NCBI GenBank assembly: GCA_041658665.1
Contig: JBAZZR010000001.1
Span: forward strand, 64,576 to 128,575
Length of the DNA stretch: 64,000 nucleotides
From: Patescibacteria group bacterium
GTDB taxonomy: Bacteria > Patescibacteriota > Patescibacteriia > Patescibacteriales > UBA12465
Direction of reading: 5' to 3'
Made by a program: the position numbers and the translations under genes. Below are positions 52,963 through 61,892 of the stretch, piece after piece (the first letter of the stretch is position 1; every line of letters begins with the position of its first letter). The notes beneath the pieces were generated by a model. It was given only the letters and a program-made list of their open reading frames with translations. It did not search any database and was not told the DNA's origin.

Positions 52963-52972
52963 GTTGGTTTGG

Positions 52973-54028
52973 TTAATTTGTTTTTTGATAGCAGCAGTAT
53001 AACCCAGTTCCGCAATCTCTACCGCCATTATCTTCGTAATGATTTGGTTCATCACAAAGTACAGTATCGAATACTAATTGACTGAAATTAAGATGAGCCT
53101 TTGACGTACATTGGCCGCCCGTAGTGCCGCAGGGGTCGCCTTCTTTATTCCCGTCGCCCTGCAGGCAGGTGCGATTATAGCAGTAACCGTCGCCGCTAGA
53201 ACTACAAGATTCGCCATTAGCCTTGTCTTCACACGAAATTTTTGTAGCTTGTCGGCAGGCCTCTAATTGGACACAAGTTTTTCTTTCAAAAGTGCTAGTC
53301 AGTTCGAAAGTATTAACTTGAGTACAATTTGATTGAGTATTTTGGGAACACTCAATAGTGGAGGTATAAGTCGGGTTATCGTGTGTGCCGCCCGATGCCG
53401 TATGTTGTATTTTTTGGACGCAACAGCCGGAGTCTTCGCAGGTACCGGTGGTTTGATTAAAAAGTTGGTTGGAAGAAAAAGTATTCGCTCCGCATTCTTT
53501 TTGAGTAGAGTTTTTAGATTTTCCACTTGTTTTATCAGTGCAACAGCCGATATCAAAATTTTGCAGTTGGCTAACCTTCATTTCGATAGATTTTAATTTT
53601 AATAAATCGGGATTGATCGTATTAAGGATAATCCAGGAACCGAATAAGATCGCCGAACCGAGTAGACTACCAGCGATTAGTTCTTTAGCTTGTGTAATCT
53701 TGCTGCTATCGCCGCCTGAGGTTAGCCAAAGAACTCCGCCGCCCATTAGGACAAGAGCGGCCAATATTCCGACAATCATCATTCCGTAGTCATAAAAGCC
53801 TTTAACATATCTCGCTAATAAATTACTGGTACTGCTTCCGGTATTACTATCATAAGTTCCGACTTTAGTCGGTTGGTCTAAACCATTAAACGGTAGGCCA
53901 ATTTGTGGTTGAAAATCTAAGGGAGTATATTCATTAGCAGCGGAAACAGCGGCGGGGTTAGCGATTAATAGGCCGCTAATAGATAGCCAGAAGGCGCCAA
54001 CGAAAAAAAATATTAAAGATTTTTTCAT
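52973..54028 (-). CDS. secreted VirB2/TrbC-like pilin-module protein with C-terminal Cys-rich domain
   Basis: Signal peptide. The pilin-like block is GILAALVLMGGGVLWLTSGGDSSKITQAKELIAGSLLGSAIL. About 20 Cys in the last ~200 aa. The ATGA overlap with the porA stop is at 54025-54028. Confidence 0.65.
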   Translation of the reverse strand: MKKSLIFFFVGAFWLSISGLLIANPAAVSAANEYTPLDFQPQIGLPFNGLDQPTKVGTYDSNTGSSTSNLLARYVKGFYDYGMMIVGILAALVLMGGGVLWLTSGGDSSKITQAKELIAGSLLGSAILFGSWIILNTINPDLLKLKSIEMKVSQLQNFDIGCCTDKTSGKSKNSTQKECGANTFSSNQLFNQTTGTCEDSGCCVQKIQHTASGGTHDNPTYTSTIECSQNTQSNCTQVNTFELTSTFERKTCVQLEACRQATKISCEDKANGESCSSSGDGYCYNRTCLQGDGNKEGDPCGTTGGQCTSKAHLNFSQLVFDTVLCDEPNHYEDNGGRDCGTGLYCCYQKTN

Positions 54029-55230
54029 ATTTTTCCGATGAATTTTAGATAATTATTTTTTTTCGGCACATCTTTAATAATCGTCAGAATCATTTTTTGA
54101 GTTATATCTCGGCCGCCTAAGCCGACAATATAATTTTTTAGATTAAAGCTATTTTTATTTTTTACGGTAACGAGAGTAGCAGATAAGTCGGAATATAATG
54201 GTCCGGCCTGACCCAAGCTTATCGCTTTTTCAAGGACAGCGATATTTTTAACGGATTTAATTATTTTTACGATTTCTTCTCCTGGGAAAGGGCGATAGGT
54301 TTTTATTTTTAACAGCCCGACTTTAGTTTGATTTTTTAGAACCGCGCGAATAGTTCCCGCGATTGACCCCATCGTCACAATAATAGTTTGAGGATTTTTC
54401 GGTCCTTGATATTCAACTAGACCGTTATCGATAACGCCTGGCTCAGTCTTAAGCCCGAACGATTTTTTAAAATTTTGATATTCCTTTTTAATTATTTCCT
54501 GACTTTTTATGAGGTCGTCATGTAAGGTCTCTCTGGTTTCCATATAATGAGCTGGGGTAAAGAAACCGCCGAGTGTGACGGGATTAGTGGGATCTAAATA
54601 AGTACTAGGTTTTGGATTATAATTGGGTAAATATTTCTTAATAGTTTTTGGGTCAGGAATAATTACTCCTTCGTAAGAATGAGTGAGAATAAAACCGTCG
54701 ACATTAACCATCACGGGAATATTTAGGGTTTCGGCTAGTCGGTAAGCGAGGATATGCTGATTGACTGCTTCTTGATTATTACTAGCAAATAATTGGATCC
54801 AGCCTGCGTCCCGAATACTCATCACGTCGCTATGATCATTCCAAATATTTATTGGCGCCGATACGGAACGATTAGCGCAGGTCATCACGACGGGCAAGCG
54901 CAGCCCAGCGATATTATAAATAACTTCCGTCATTAGTAAGAGTCCTTGGGAACTAGTGGCGCTATAAACTCTAACGCCGGTCGCGCTGGCGCCCAAAACT
55001 ATAGACGCGGCGGCAAATTCGCTTTCCGCTCGGACATATTCGTAATCGGCTTCTCCGGCCGCTTTAAATTCCGCCAAATCTTCGACAATATGGGTTTGCG
55101 GCGTTATCGGATAGGCCGAAATAACGGCGGGAGCGATATTTTTAATAACTAGAGCGATCGCTCGTGAGCCCTCTAAAATTTGTTTATTATTTTTAATCAT
55201 AATTGGTGAGGGGAGTTTAGTAATCTTCAA
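54025..55230 (-). CDS. porA: 2-oxoacid:ferredoxin oxidoreductase alpha subunit
   Basis: EGSRAIALVIKNIAPAVISAYPITPQTHIVE is typical of a POR alpha N-terminus. The start may be 55200 rather than 55230. Confidence 0.88.
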   Translation of the reverse strand: MKITKLPSPIMIKNNKQILEGSRAIALVIKNIAPAVISAYPITPQTHIVEDLAEFKAAGEADYEYVRAESEFAAASIVLGASATGVRVYSATSSQGLLLMTEVIYNIAGLRLPVVMTCANRSVSAPINIWNDHSDVMSIRDAGWIQLFASNNQEAVNQHILAYRLAETLNIPVMVNVDGFILTHSYEGVIIPDPKTIKKYLPNYNPKPSTYLDPTNPVTLGGFFTPAHYMETRETLHDDLIKSQEIIKKEYQNFKKSFGLKTEPGVIDNGLVEYQGPKNPQTIIVTMGSIAGTIRAVLKNQTKVGLLKIKTYRPFPGEEIVKIIKSVKNIAVLEKAISLGQAGPLYSDLSATLVTVKNKNSFNLKNYIVGLGGRDITQKMILTIIKDVPKKNNYLKFIGKI

Positions 55231-55498
55231 CCATCTTTATCGCCTTAACCGGACATTCTCGCACGCATAAGGCGCAGCCTTTGCAGTAGTCGTAATCAGT
55301 AATTGGTTTTAATTTATTATTGAATAGTGCCGCGGGAGCCATTAAGATACAAGCATCGGGGCAGACTTTTGCGCAGAGGGAACAGCCAATACAAATTTCT
55401 AGATCAGTAATCGGCTTGTGCGTACGCCAAGAGCCGGTTTTATTACTAGGGGAAGTATTAGGTTTTATTATGGTGTTTATTTTATTTATTTTACTCAT
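55217..55498 (-). CDS. porD: 2-oxoacid:ferredoxin oxidoreductase delta subunit (2x[4Fe-4S] ferredoxin)
   Basis: CIGCSLCAKVCP and CKGCALCVRECP cluster motifs. Confidence 0.88.
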   Translation of the reverse strand: MSKINKINTIIKPNTSPSNKTGSWRTHKPITDLEICIGCSLCAKVCPDACILMAPAALFNNKLKPITDYDYCKGCALCVRECPVKAIKMVEDY

Positions 55499-56052
55499 AT
55501 TGTTTCTCTGTTTGTTTCTTCGTAATCGCGGCTAAGCGCTAAAATATTCTTAGCGATTACGTTTTGTCCTTTGGCCTGAAATTTTTCGCGCAGAGCTTTT
55601 TTAAAAGATTCGAGACTGATTAATTTAGTATATTTAGCAAAAGCGCCGAGCATAACCGTGTTGACGATATTTTTACCGAAAATTTCTAAAGCGATCTCGG
55701 TAGCGGGAGTAAAGTAGATTTTTTTAAAACGTTTAGCGAGCGCTGGCCATTTATTCACCGCGGCATTAATTATAATGATAGTATTTTTTTGACAGCCTTG
55801 GAAAATTTTTGGATCGGCGATGAGGCTAGAATCCTGGATGATTAGAATCGTCGGCTCATAAATTTGTTCGCGAGTAATTATCGGTGTTTTCGAAATTCGA
55901 GCAAAGGCCTGAATCGGCGCGCCGCTGCGCTCTACGCCGAAATTAGGAAAAGCTTGTACTTCGTAGCCTTCGTAAAAAGCGGCTATCGCGATTAATTCAG
56001 CCGCCGTCACGACGCCTTGGCCGCCGCGACCGTGTATTCTAATCTGTTCCAT
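55495..56052 (-). CDS. porG: 2-oxoacid:ferredoxin oxidoreductase gamma subunit
   Basis: IRIHGRGGQGVVTAAELIA signature. Confidence 0.88.
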   Translation of the reverse strand: MEQIRIHGRGGQGVVTAAELIAIAAFYEGYEVQAFPNFGVERSGAPIQAFARISKTPIITREQIYEPTILIIQDSSLIADPKIFQGCQKNTIIIINAAVNKWPALAKRFKKIYFTPATEIALEIFGKNIVNTVMLGAFAKYTKLISLESFKKALREKFQAKGQNVIAKNILALSRDYEETNRETI

Positions 56053-56053
56053 A

Positions 56054-56800
56054 TTATTTAATTAAGCCTTTTAGGAGTTCCTGAAATTTTTCTTTAGATA
56101 AGCTGCCGGAAAAATAATGGTTGTTGACGAACCAAGAAGGCGTGCCGATAATTTGTAGAGCCGTACCGTCGTCGTAATCTTTTTTAATTTGGTCGAGATA
56201 AGTGCGATCAGCTAGGCAGCTACTAAATTTTTTTGTATTAAGCTTTAAGTCTTGAGCGAAGCTAGTTAGTTTAGTTATTCGCTCGGCATTATTGATAGTT
56301 AAATCAGCCTGTTGGTCAAAGAGCTTGTCGTGCATTTCCCAAAATTTGTTTTGTTCGCCGGCACAGCGCGCGGCCATCGCTAAATCAATTGAGTCGGAGT
56401 TACGTAAATAATCTCGCCAGATTAATTTTACCTTACTTTTATATTCGGTCGCTAAGTCTCTTATTACTGGGGCGGACGCTTTCGAATAAGGACAAGCAAA
56501 GTCGCCGAATTCAATAATTGCTACTTGCGGGCTAGCGCTCCCTAAATAATAGTTAGTGCCGTTACCATTAATATTTTTTAAATAATTTTGAATTTCTTGT
56601 TCCGTCGTGGCGCTATCCTTACCTAACCGGATATCTTGTATTTTAGCGACTACGTAAATACTGCAAAAACTTAAAAGGAGAAGGATCAAGACGGAGAGAA
56701 TTAGGGCGAAACGTCCCCACCATTTTTTATACCAGGGCCGAAGCGTTTTGGCGTGTCGCGCCTTCATCGCGGCGTATTTTATCCGTTCATTTAGGCTCAT
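56054..56800 (-). CDS. membrane-anchored DsbA/thioredoxin-fold protein with CPYS (CxxS) active-site variant
   Basis: N-terminal TM helix. A DSBA-like domain with FGDFACPYSKA; the DNA reads tgt cct tat tcg. The stop codon lies 1 nt before the porG start. Confidence 0.7.
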   Translation of the reverse strand: MSLNERIKYAAMKARHAKTLRPWYKKWWGRFALILSVLILLLLSFCSIYVVAKIQDIRLGKDSATTEQEIQNYLKNINGNGTNYYLGSASPQVAIIEFGDFACPYSKASAPVIRDLATEYKSKVKLIWRDYLRNSDSIDLAMAARCAGEQNKFWEMHDKLFDQQADLTINNAERITKLTSFAQDLKLNTKKFSSCLADRTYLDQIKKDYDDGTALQIIGTPSWFVNNHYFSGSLSKEKFQELLKGLIK

Positions 56801-56866
56801 AAATAAAATATTAAAAAAATTGAAAAATCGCTTAGTTTAAAGTATACTGGCATTATATCATATTTT

Positions 56867-57661
56867 ATGAAAATAATCTCTTGGAATGTTAATGGTATAA
56901 GAGCGGCGGTTAAAAAAGGTTTTTCAGATTTTTTGTGGGCGGCCAGGCCGGATATTTTATGTTTACAGGAAGTTAAAATATCTGATCAGGTAAAAGACGA
57001 AACCGAATTTGACTTTGCCGGCTATTTAGAATACTGGAACTGCGCGCAGCGGCCCGGTTATAGCGGCACGGCTATTTTAGTGCGGGCGGGATTATTAGGT
57101 TTTCAGGGCGTCAAGAATGGCCTGGATGATTTAGGGCTAGCTAAAAATAAAAAAATGGAAAAATTTAATATTGAGGGTCGAGTTCAGACGGCTGATTTTG
57201 CTAAATTTTACTTATTAAATGTTTATTTTCCTAATGCCAACCAGGAACTTAGCCGTTTACCGTATCGGTTAGAATTTAACGAAGCCCTACTCCTTTATAT
57301 TAAGAAATTAGAAAAAATTAAGCCGGTAATTTTAACTGGAGATTTTAATGTCGCTCATCAGGAGATCGATTTAGCGCGGCCGCGGGAAAATATTGGTAAC
57401 GCCGGGTTTACGGTCGAAGAGAGATCCTGGCTCGATAAATTTTTGGCGGCGGGATTTATTGATACTTATCGGGAGCTTAATGGCCAAAAGGTTCAGTATT
57501 CCTGGTGGAGTTTTCGAGCCGGGGCGCGTCAGCGCAATGTCGGTTGGCGGATTGACTATTTTTGTGCGTCCGCTAAACTTAAAGAAAACCTAAAAAAAGC
57601 TTATATTTTAGACGAAGTGCGGGGTTCTGATCATGCGCCTGTTGGTTTAGAATTAAAATAA
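56867..57661 (+). CDS. xth: exodeoxyribonuclease III
   Basis: MKIISWNVNGIRA, LCLQE and SDHAPV motifs. Confidence 0.93.
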   Translation: MKIISWNVNGIRAAVKKGFSDFLWAARPDILCLQEVKISDQVKDETEFDFAGYLEYWNCAQRPGYSGTAILVRAGLLGFQGVKNGLDDLGLAKNKKMEKFNIEGRVQTADFAKFYLLNVYFPNANQELSRLPYRLEFNEALLLYIKKLEKIKPVILTGDFNVAHQEIDLARPRENIGNAGFTVEERSWLDKFLAAGFIDTYRELNGQKVQYSWWSFRAGARQRNVGWRIDYFCASAKLKENLKKAYILDEVRGSDHAPVGLELK

Positions 57662-57668
57662 AATTTAT

Positions 57669-60107
57669 ATGTACGATCATAAAGCGATTGAAAAAAAGTG
57701 GCAGACTAATTGGCAGGTGAGCGAGCTTTATAAAACCGGCACTGACCAAAGTAAGCCCAAATATTATATTTTAGATATGTTTCCTTATCCCTCGGGAGTT
57801 GGCTTACATGTTGGCCATCCGAAGGGATATATCGCAACGGATATTGTTTCTCGTTTGCGCTTGATGCAAGGGTATAATGTTTTACATCCCATGGGCTGGG
57901 ATGCTTTCGGTTTGCCGGCAGAAAATTATGCGCTCCAAAATAAGGTTCATCCCAAAAAAGCCACGGCCGAAAATGTCGCTACTTTTAAAAGACAATTAGA
58001 AATTTTAGGTTTTTCTTATGACTGGGCGAGAGAAGTTAATACTACCGACCCGGCATATTATAAATGGACTCAGTGGATTTTTTTAAAGATGTGGGAGCAG
58101 GGTTTAGCTTATGAATCGCAGGAACCAATTAATTGGTGTCCGTCTTGTAAGACTGGTTTAGCTAATGAAGATTTGGAAAATGGACTATGTGAGCGTTGTG
58201 GTAGCGTCGTCGAACTGCGGCCGATGCGGCAATGGGTTTTAAAAATTACGAGTTACGCTCAGCGTTTGTTAGATGATTTAGAAAAATTACCGGACTGGGA
58301 AGAATCGATTAAAGAGATGCAGCGGAATTGGATCGGCCGTAGTATTGGCGCCGAAATTAATTTTAAAATTAAAGATTTTTCTAGTCTCGTGAAAGTTTTT
58401 ACGACTCGAGTGGATACGATTTTCGGCTGTACCTATGTCGTTTTAGCGCCGGAAAATAAATTAGTCGCGGCGCTCAAACCGCTAATAAAAAATTGGGCTG
58501 AGGTTGAGACCTATATTAAGGAAGCCCAGAATAAGACCGATTTACAGCGGACGGATTTAAATAAAGAAAAAACGGGAGTAATTTTAGCCGGTGTTTACGC
58601 CATTAATCCTTTTAATCAAGAAGCGGTGCCGGTATTTTTAGCTGATTATGTTTTGAATTCTTACGGGACGGGGGCGGTAATGGCGGTGCCGGCGCATGAT
58701 GAAAGAGATTTCGAATTTGCAAGAAAGTATAATTTGGAGATTAGGGTTAGCGTTGAAGCGCTGGCTGATCCGACTAATATTACGCTGACCGCGGCTTATA
58801 CCGCGGACGGCCGGTTAGTTAATTCGGCGGAGTTTACCGGTTTAAGTTCGGAAGCGGCGCGCTCGGCCATGACTAATTGGTTAATTAAAAATAACGCAGG
58901 GCTAGAGAAGGTTAATTATAAAATTAAAGATTGGGTTTTTTCTCGCCAGCGTTATTGGGGCGAACCAATTCCGTTAATTCATTGTGAACATTGCGGTGTC
59001 GTTGCAGTTCCGGAAGAAGAATTGCCGTTAGTTTTACCGGCCGTTGAAAGCTATGAGCCGACGGGGACGGGCGAGTCGCCACTTGCGGCGATTACTGATT
59101 GGGTCAATACTTCGTGCCCGAAATGTGGCGGCGGCGCAAAACGAGAGACTAATACCATGCCACAATGGGGCGGATCTTGCTGGTATTATTTAAGATATAT
59201 TGATCCGGCTAATTGCGATAAATTAGTTGATAAAGCTCTAGAAAAATATTGGTCGCCGGTAGATTTTTATGTCGGCGGAGCGGAGCACGCGACGCGGCAT
59301 TTAATTTATGCGCGTTTTTGGCATAAATTTTTATTTGATATTGGCGCGGTTAATTACGAGGAGCCATTCATTAAACTTAAACATGTCGGGCTAATAATGG
59401 GAGAAGATGGTCGGAAGATGTCTAAGCGTTGGGGTAATGTTATTAATCCGGACGAGATGGTAGAAAAATTTGGCGCCGATTCCTTACGTTTATATGAAAT
59501 GTTTATGGGGCCCTTCGAACAATCGGTTAGTTGGAATACTAATGGTTTGGTTGGGGCACGGAAATTTTTAGATAAGGTCGAGCAGTTAATCGACAAAGAA
59601 AATAATTTAAATTTTAAAGAAGATAAAAAAATTATTTCTTTGCTTCATAAAACTATTAAAAAAGTTGGCGAAGATATCGAGAGTTTTCGGTTAAATACGG
59701 CGGTCTCGGCTTTGATGATTTTTTTAAACGCCTTAACTGATTATAAGACACAATTTAATGTTTCGCCTCTAAGCCCGGAGAATTGGTCGAAATTAATAGC
59801 GCTCCTGGCTCCTTTCGCTCCACATTTAAGCGAAGAATTATGGGCGAGACTAGGCCACGAGACTAGTATTTTTAAATCAAGCTGGCCGGCGTATGATTCG
59901 GAATTAACTAAAGATGAAATCATTAGTCTAGTAGTTCAAGTGAACGGGAAACTACGGGGATCTTTAGAAGTCCCGGCGGATATTTCTGAATCCGCGGCTT
60001 TTGATTTAGTGCTTAGTGACCAGTCAATTAACAAATGGTGGCAAGATAAGGCGATACTTAAAAAAATATTTGTGCCCGGTAAATTACTTAACATTGTTGT
60101 TAAATAA
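57669..60107 (+). CDS. leuS: leucine--tRNA ligase
   Basis: HVGH (HIGH) and KMSKR (KMSKS) motifs, a CP1 editing domain and a Zn-binding CPSC...CERC. Confidence 0.97.
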   Translation: MYDHKAIEKKWQTNWQVSELYKTGTDQSKPKYYILDMFPYPSGVGLHVGHPKGYIATDIVSRLRLMQGYNVLHPMGWDAFGLPAENYALQNKVHPKKATAENVATFKRQLEILGFSYDWAREVNTTDPAYYKWTQWIFLKMWEQGLAYESQEPINWCPSCKTGLANEDLENGLCERCGSVVELRPMRQWVLKITSYAQRLLDDLEKLPDWEESIKEMQRNWIGRSIGAEINFKIKDFSSLVKVFTTRVDTIFGCTYVVLAPENKLVAALKPLIKNWAEVETYIKEAQNKTDLQRTDLNKEKTGVILAGVYAINPFNQEAVPVFLADYVLNSYGTGAVMAVPAHDERDFEFARKYNLEIRVSVEALADPTNITLTAAYTADGRLVNSAEFTGLSSEAARSAMTNWLIKNNAGLEKVNYKIKDWVFSRQRYWGEPIPLIHCEHCGVVAVPEEELPLVLPAVESYEPTGTGESPLAAITDWVNTSCPKCGGGAKRETNTMPQWGGSCWYYLRYIDPANCDKLVDKALEKYWSPVDFYVGGAEHATRHLIYARFWHKFLFDIGAVNYEEPFIKLKHVGLIMGEDGRKMSKRWGNVINPDEMVEKFGADSLRLYEMFMGPFEQSVSWNTNGLVGARKFLDKVEQLIDKENNLNFKEDKKIISLLHKTIKKVGEDIESFRLNTAVSALMIFLNALTDYKTQFNVSPLSPENWSKLIALLAPFAPHLSEELWARLGHETSIFKSSWPAYDSELTKDEIISLVVQVNGKLRGSLEVPADISESAAFDLVLSDQSINKWWQDKAILKKIFVPGKLLNIVVK

Positions 60108-60113
60108 AAAACA

Positions 60114-60139
60114 ATCCGCCAAAGGGGCGGATGTTTTCT
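60114..60139. terminator. bidirectional intrinsic terminator after leuS
   Basis: ATCCGCC / GGCGGAT stem. GTTTTCT follows on the plus strand. A T-run follows on the minus strand (plus-strand AAAAAACA at 60106-60113). Confidence 0.7.
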
Positions 60140-60159
60140 CGTCTTATGTTGAGCTTATA

Positions 60160-60265
60160 ACAAATCCTGACAATACCTATATAATATCAGATTAAGTTTT
60201 TATGATCAAGTCCTTAGTGGATCCGCGGGGAATCGAACCCCGAAGACGAAATTGTCAGGATTTGT
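60160..60265. repeat. perfect 15-nt inverted repeat, one arm inside the tRNA-like anticodon arm
   Basis: ACAAATCCTGACAAT (60160-60174) and ATTGTCAGGATTTGT (60251-60265). An outer 7-nt inverted repeat is GTCTTAT (60141-60147) / ATAAGAC (60299-60305). Confidence 0.85.
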
Positions 60266-60286
60266 CTAGGCGCCAGCACCGGACCC
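60218..60286 (-). tRNA. atypical tRNA-like gene (69 nt; identity undetermined)
   Basis: The reverse complement has acceptor GGGTCCG/CGGATCC with G3:U70 and a canonical T-arm CGGGG-TTCGATT-CCCCG. The D-arm is reduced. The 7-nt anticodon loop CCTGACA lacks U33 and has a pyrimidine at position 37. The nominal anticodon is UGA. Confidence 0.4.
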
Positions 60287-60351
60287 ACTAGCCTTAACTA
60301 TAAGACATCAAAGATTAAGAAAATCTAAAGAGGGGAAAATAAATATTAATT

Positions 60352-61197
60352 ATGTCTGATTTATTAGCGAAAACTCGCGAACTCTGTCAAATTTTTGAAA
60401 TTAAACCGGCCCGTTCTAAAGGTCAAAATTTTTTGATTAATGAAGCTATTTATGACGATATTATTAAGGCGGCTGATCTAAAGCCTAGCGATACGGTTTT
60501 AGAAATCGGTCCGGGTTTAGGGTTTTTAACGGCCAAGCTCGCGCAAAAAGTTAAGCGAGTCTTAGCGGTGGAATTAGATAAATCATTAGCGGATTATTTA
60601 CAAGTCGGCATTGATTCTCAGGGAGTCACGAATGTCGAGATTATTAATTCCGATATTTTAAAATTTAATTTGGGTCATCATCTAGATTTAGCCGAACCTT
60701 ATAAAATTGTCGCCAATCTTCCTTATAATATTAGTTCTATTTTTCTTCGTCTTTTTTTGTCGGGGGTCCACCCGCCGCAGAGTCTTGTTTTAATGTTGCA
60801 GAAGGAAGTCGCAGCCAGAATTACGGCGGATGTTCCGGACATGAGTATCTTGGCGATTTCGGTTCAGTATTATGCGACGCCGACAATTATTCGACTAGTT
60901 AAAGCTGGTAATTTTTGGCCGGAGCCTAAAGTCGATAGCGCCATTATTAAATTATCCGTTAAGGAGAGGATTACCACCGCGGCTGAGGATAAGATTTTTT
61001 TTCGCATTGTTCGAGCGGGTTTTAGCGCGAAGCGGAAAATGCTTAAAAATAATTTGGCTGGTGGCCTTAAATTAGATCCGCTTCTCATCACTAAAATATT
61101 TTTAAATCAGGGGCTAGATCTCGGTTCGCGTGCCGAAGGATTATCGCTCTTAGATTGGCAAAAATTATTTGCGGCGCTGAAGCGCTTTGTGGTATAA
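60352..61197 (+). CDS. rsmA: 16S rRNA (adenine1518/1519-N6)-dimethyltransferase
   Basis: KGQNFLINE and VLEIGPGLGFLT SAM-binding motifs, plus NLPYNISS. Confidence 0.93.
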   Translation: MSDLLAKTRELCQIFEIKPARSKGQNFLINEAIYDDIIKAADLKPSDTVLEIGPGLGFLTAKLAQKVKRVLAVELDKSLADYLQVGIDSQGVTNVEIINSDILKFNLGHHLDLAEPYKIVANLPYNISSIFLRLFLSGVHPPQSLVLMLQKEVAARITADVPDMSILAISVQYYATPTIIRLVKAGNFWPEPKVDSAIIKLSVKERITTAAEDKIFFRIVRAGFSAKRKMLKNNLAGGLKLDPLLITKIFLNQGLDLGSRAEGLSLLDWQKLFAALKRFVV

Positions 61198-61237
61198 TAA
61201 AATTGATTTTAAAAGTCACTGTTTTTATTCGTCGCTT

Positions 61238-61891
61238 ATGTCGCTGGAAATTAATTCGGAAAAAAACAGCTATAGTTTAAGCTTGAAAGACTTGCCTCGG
61301 CCGCAGAAAATCGCGGTGGGGTTTTTATTTATTTTAGCGATTCTTATTGTAGTTTTCTGGGTTTGGCAAATACGCGCCCAGATTAATCGTCCTTTTGCTT
61401 ACGAAGCGGTTAATAGTACTGCGACTAGTACGGATATCGCCGAAGTTTTAAAGAAAAAAGATACGGACGGCGACGGAGTATCTGATTACGATGAAATTTA
61501 TGTTTATAAGACTTCGCCTTATTTAGAAGATTCCGACAGCGACGGTTTATCTGATAAAAAAGAAACTGATCAAGGGAGTGATCCGAATTGTGCGTCAGGA
61601 AAAGATTGCTCCGTTTCTTTAGAAACGGCTACTTCGACTAACGAAATCCCGAGCCCGACTTTGACTTCGCCATCGACGCTGTCTTTACCGGCGGAATTAG
61701 TCGGTAGTTCTAGCGTTCTAGAATTGCAGAACGCTTTAAACGGCCAGGCCGACGCCGTGACTTTACGTAGACTATTAATTGCTAGCGGCGCTAATGCGGC
61801 TGATTTAGATAAGATTAGTGATAGTGATCTTATGAAGAGCTACCAGGAGTCTTTGAAAAAACAAAATAATAACCCGTCAAATAATCAATAA
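61238..61891 (+). CDS. membrane-anchored protein with thrombospondin type-3-like Ca-binding repeats
   Basis: TM helix IAVGFLFILAILIVVFWV. DTDGDGVSDYDE and DSDSDGLSDKKE repeats. I prefer the ATG at 61238 over the TTG at 61187. TGGTATAAT lies at 61189-61197. Confidence 0.6.
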   Translation: MSLEINSEKNSYSLSLKDLPRPQKIAVGFLFILAILIVVFWVWQIRAQINRPFAYEAVNSTATSTDIAEVLKKKDTDGDGVSDYDEIYVYKTSPYLEDSDSDGLSDKKETDQGSDPNCASGKDCSVSLETATSTNEIPSPTLTSPSTLSLPAELVGSSSVLELQNALNGQADAVTLRRLLIASGANAADLDKISDSDLMKSYQESLKKQNNNPSNNQ

Positions 61892-61892
61892 A

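Noticed and set aside
52963-53055. The long N-terminal extension of porB starting at 53055.
   Set aside because: It would overlap the upstream Cys-rich gene by 83 nt. The conserved POR-beta sequence begins right after the internal ATG at 52962, which lies 10 nt downstream of that gene's stop codon.
60218-60310. I tried reading the tRNA-like element as a type II (long variable arm) tRNA-Ser, or as tRNA-Val(GAC) using the loop CUGACAA.
   Set aside because: No 5' acceptor strand pairs with CGGATCC in the longer register. The alternative anticodon stems (GUCCG/CGCCU or AAAUC/UUUCG) do not base-pair. Only the 69-nt fold with the non-canonical CCUGACA loop is self-consistent.
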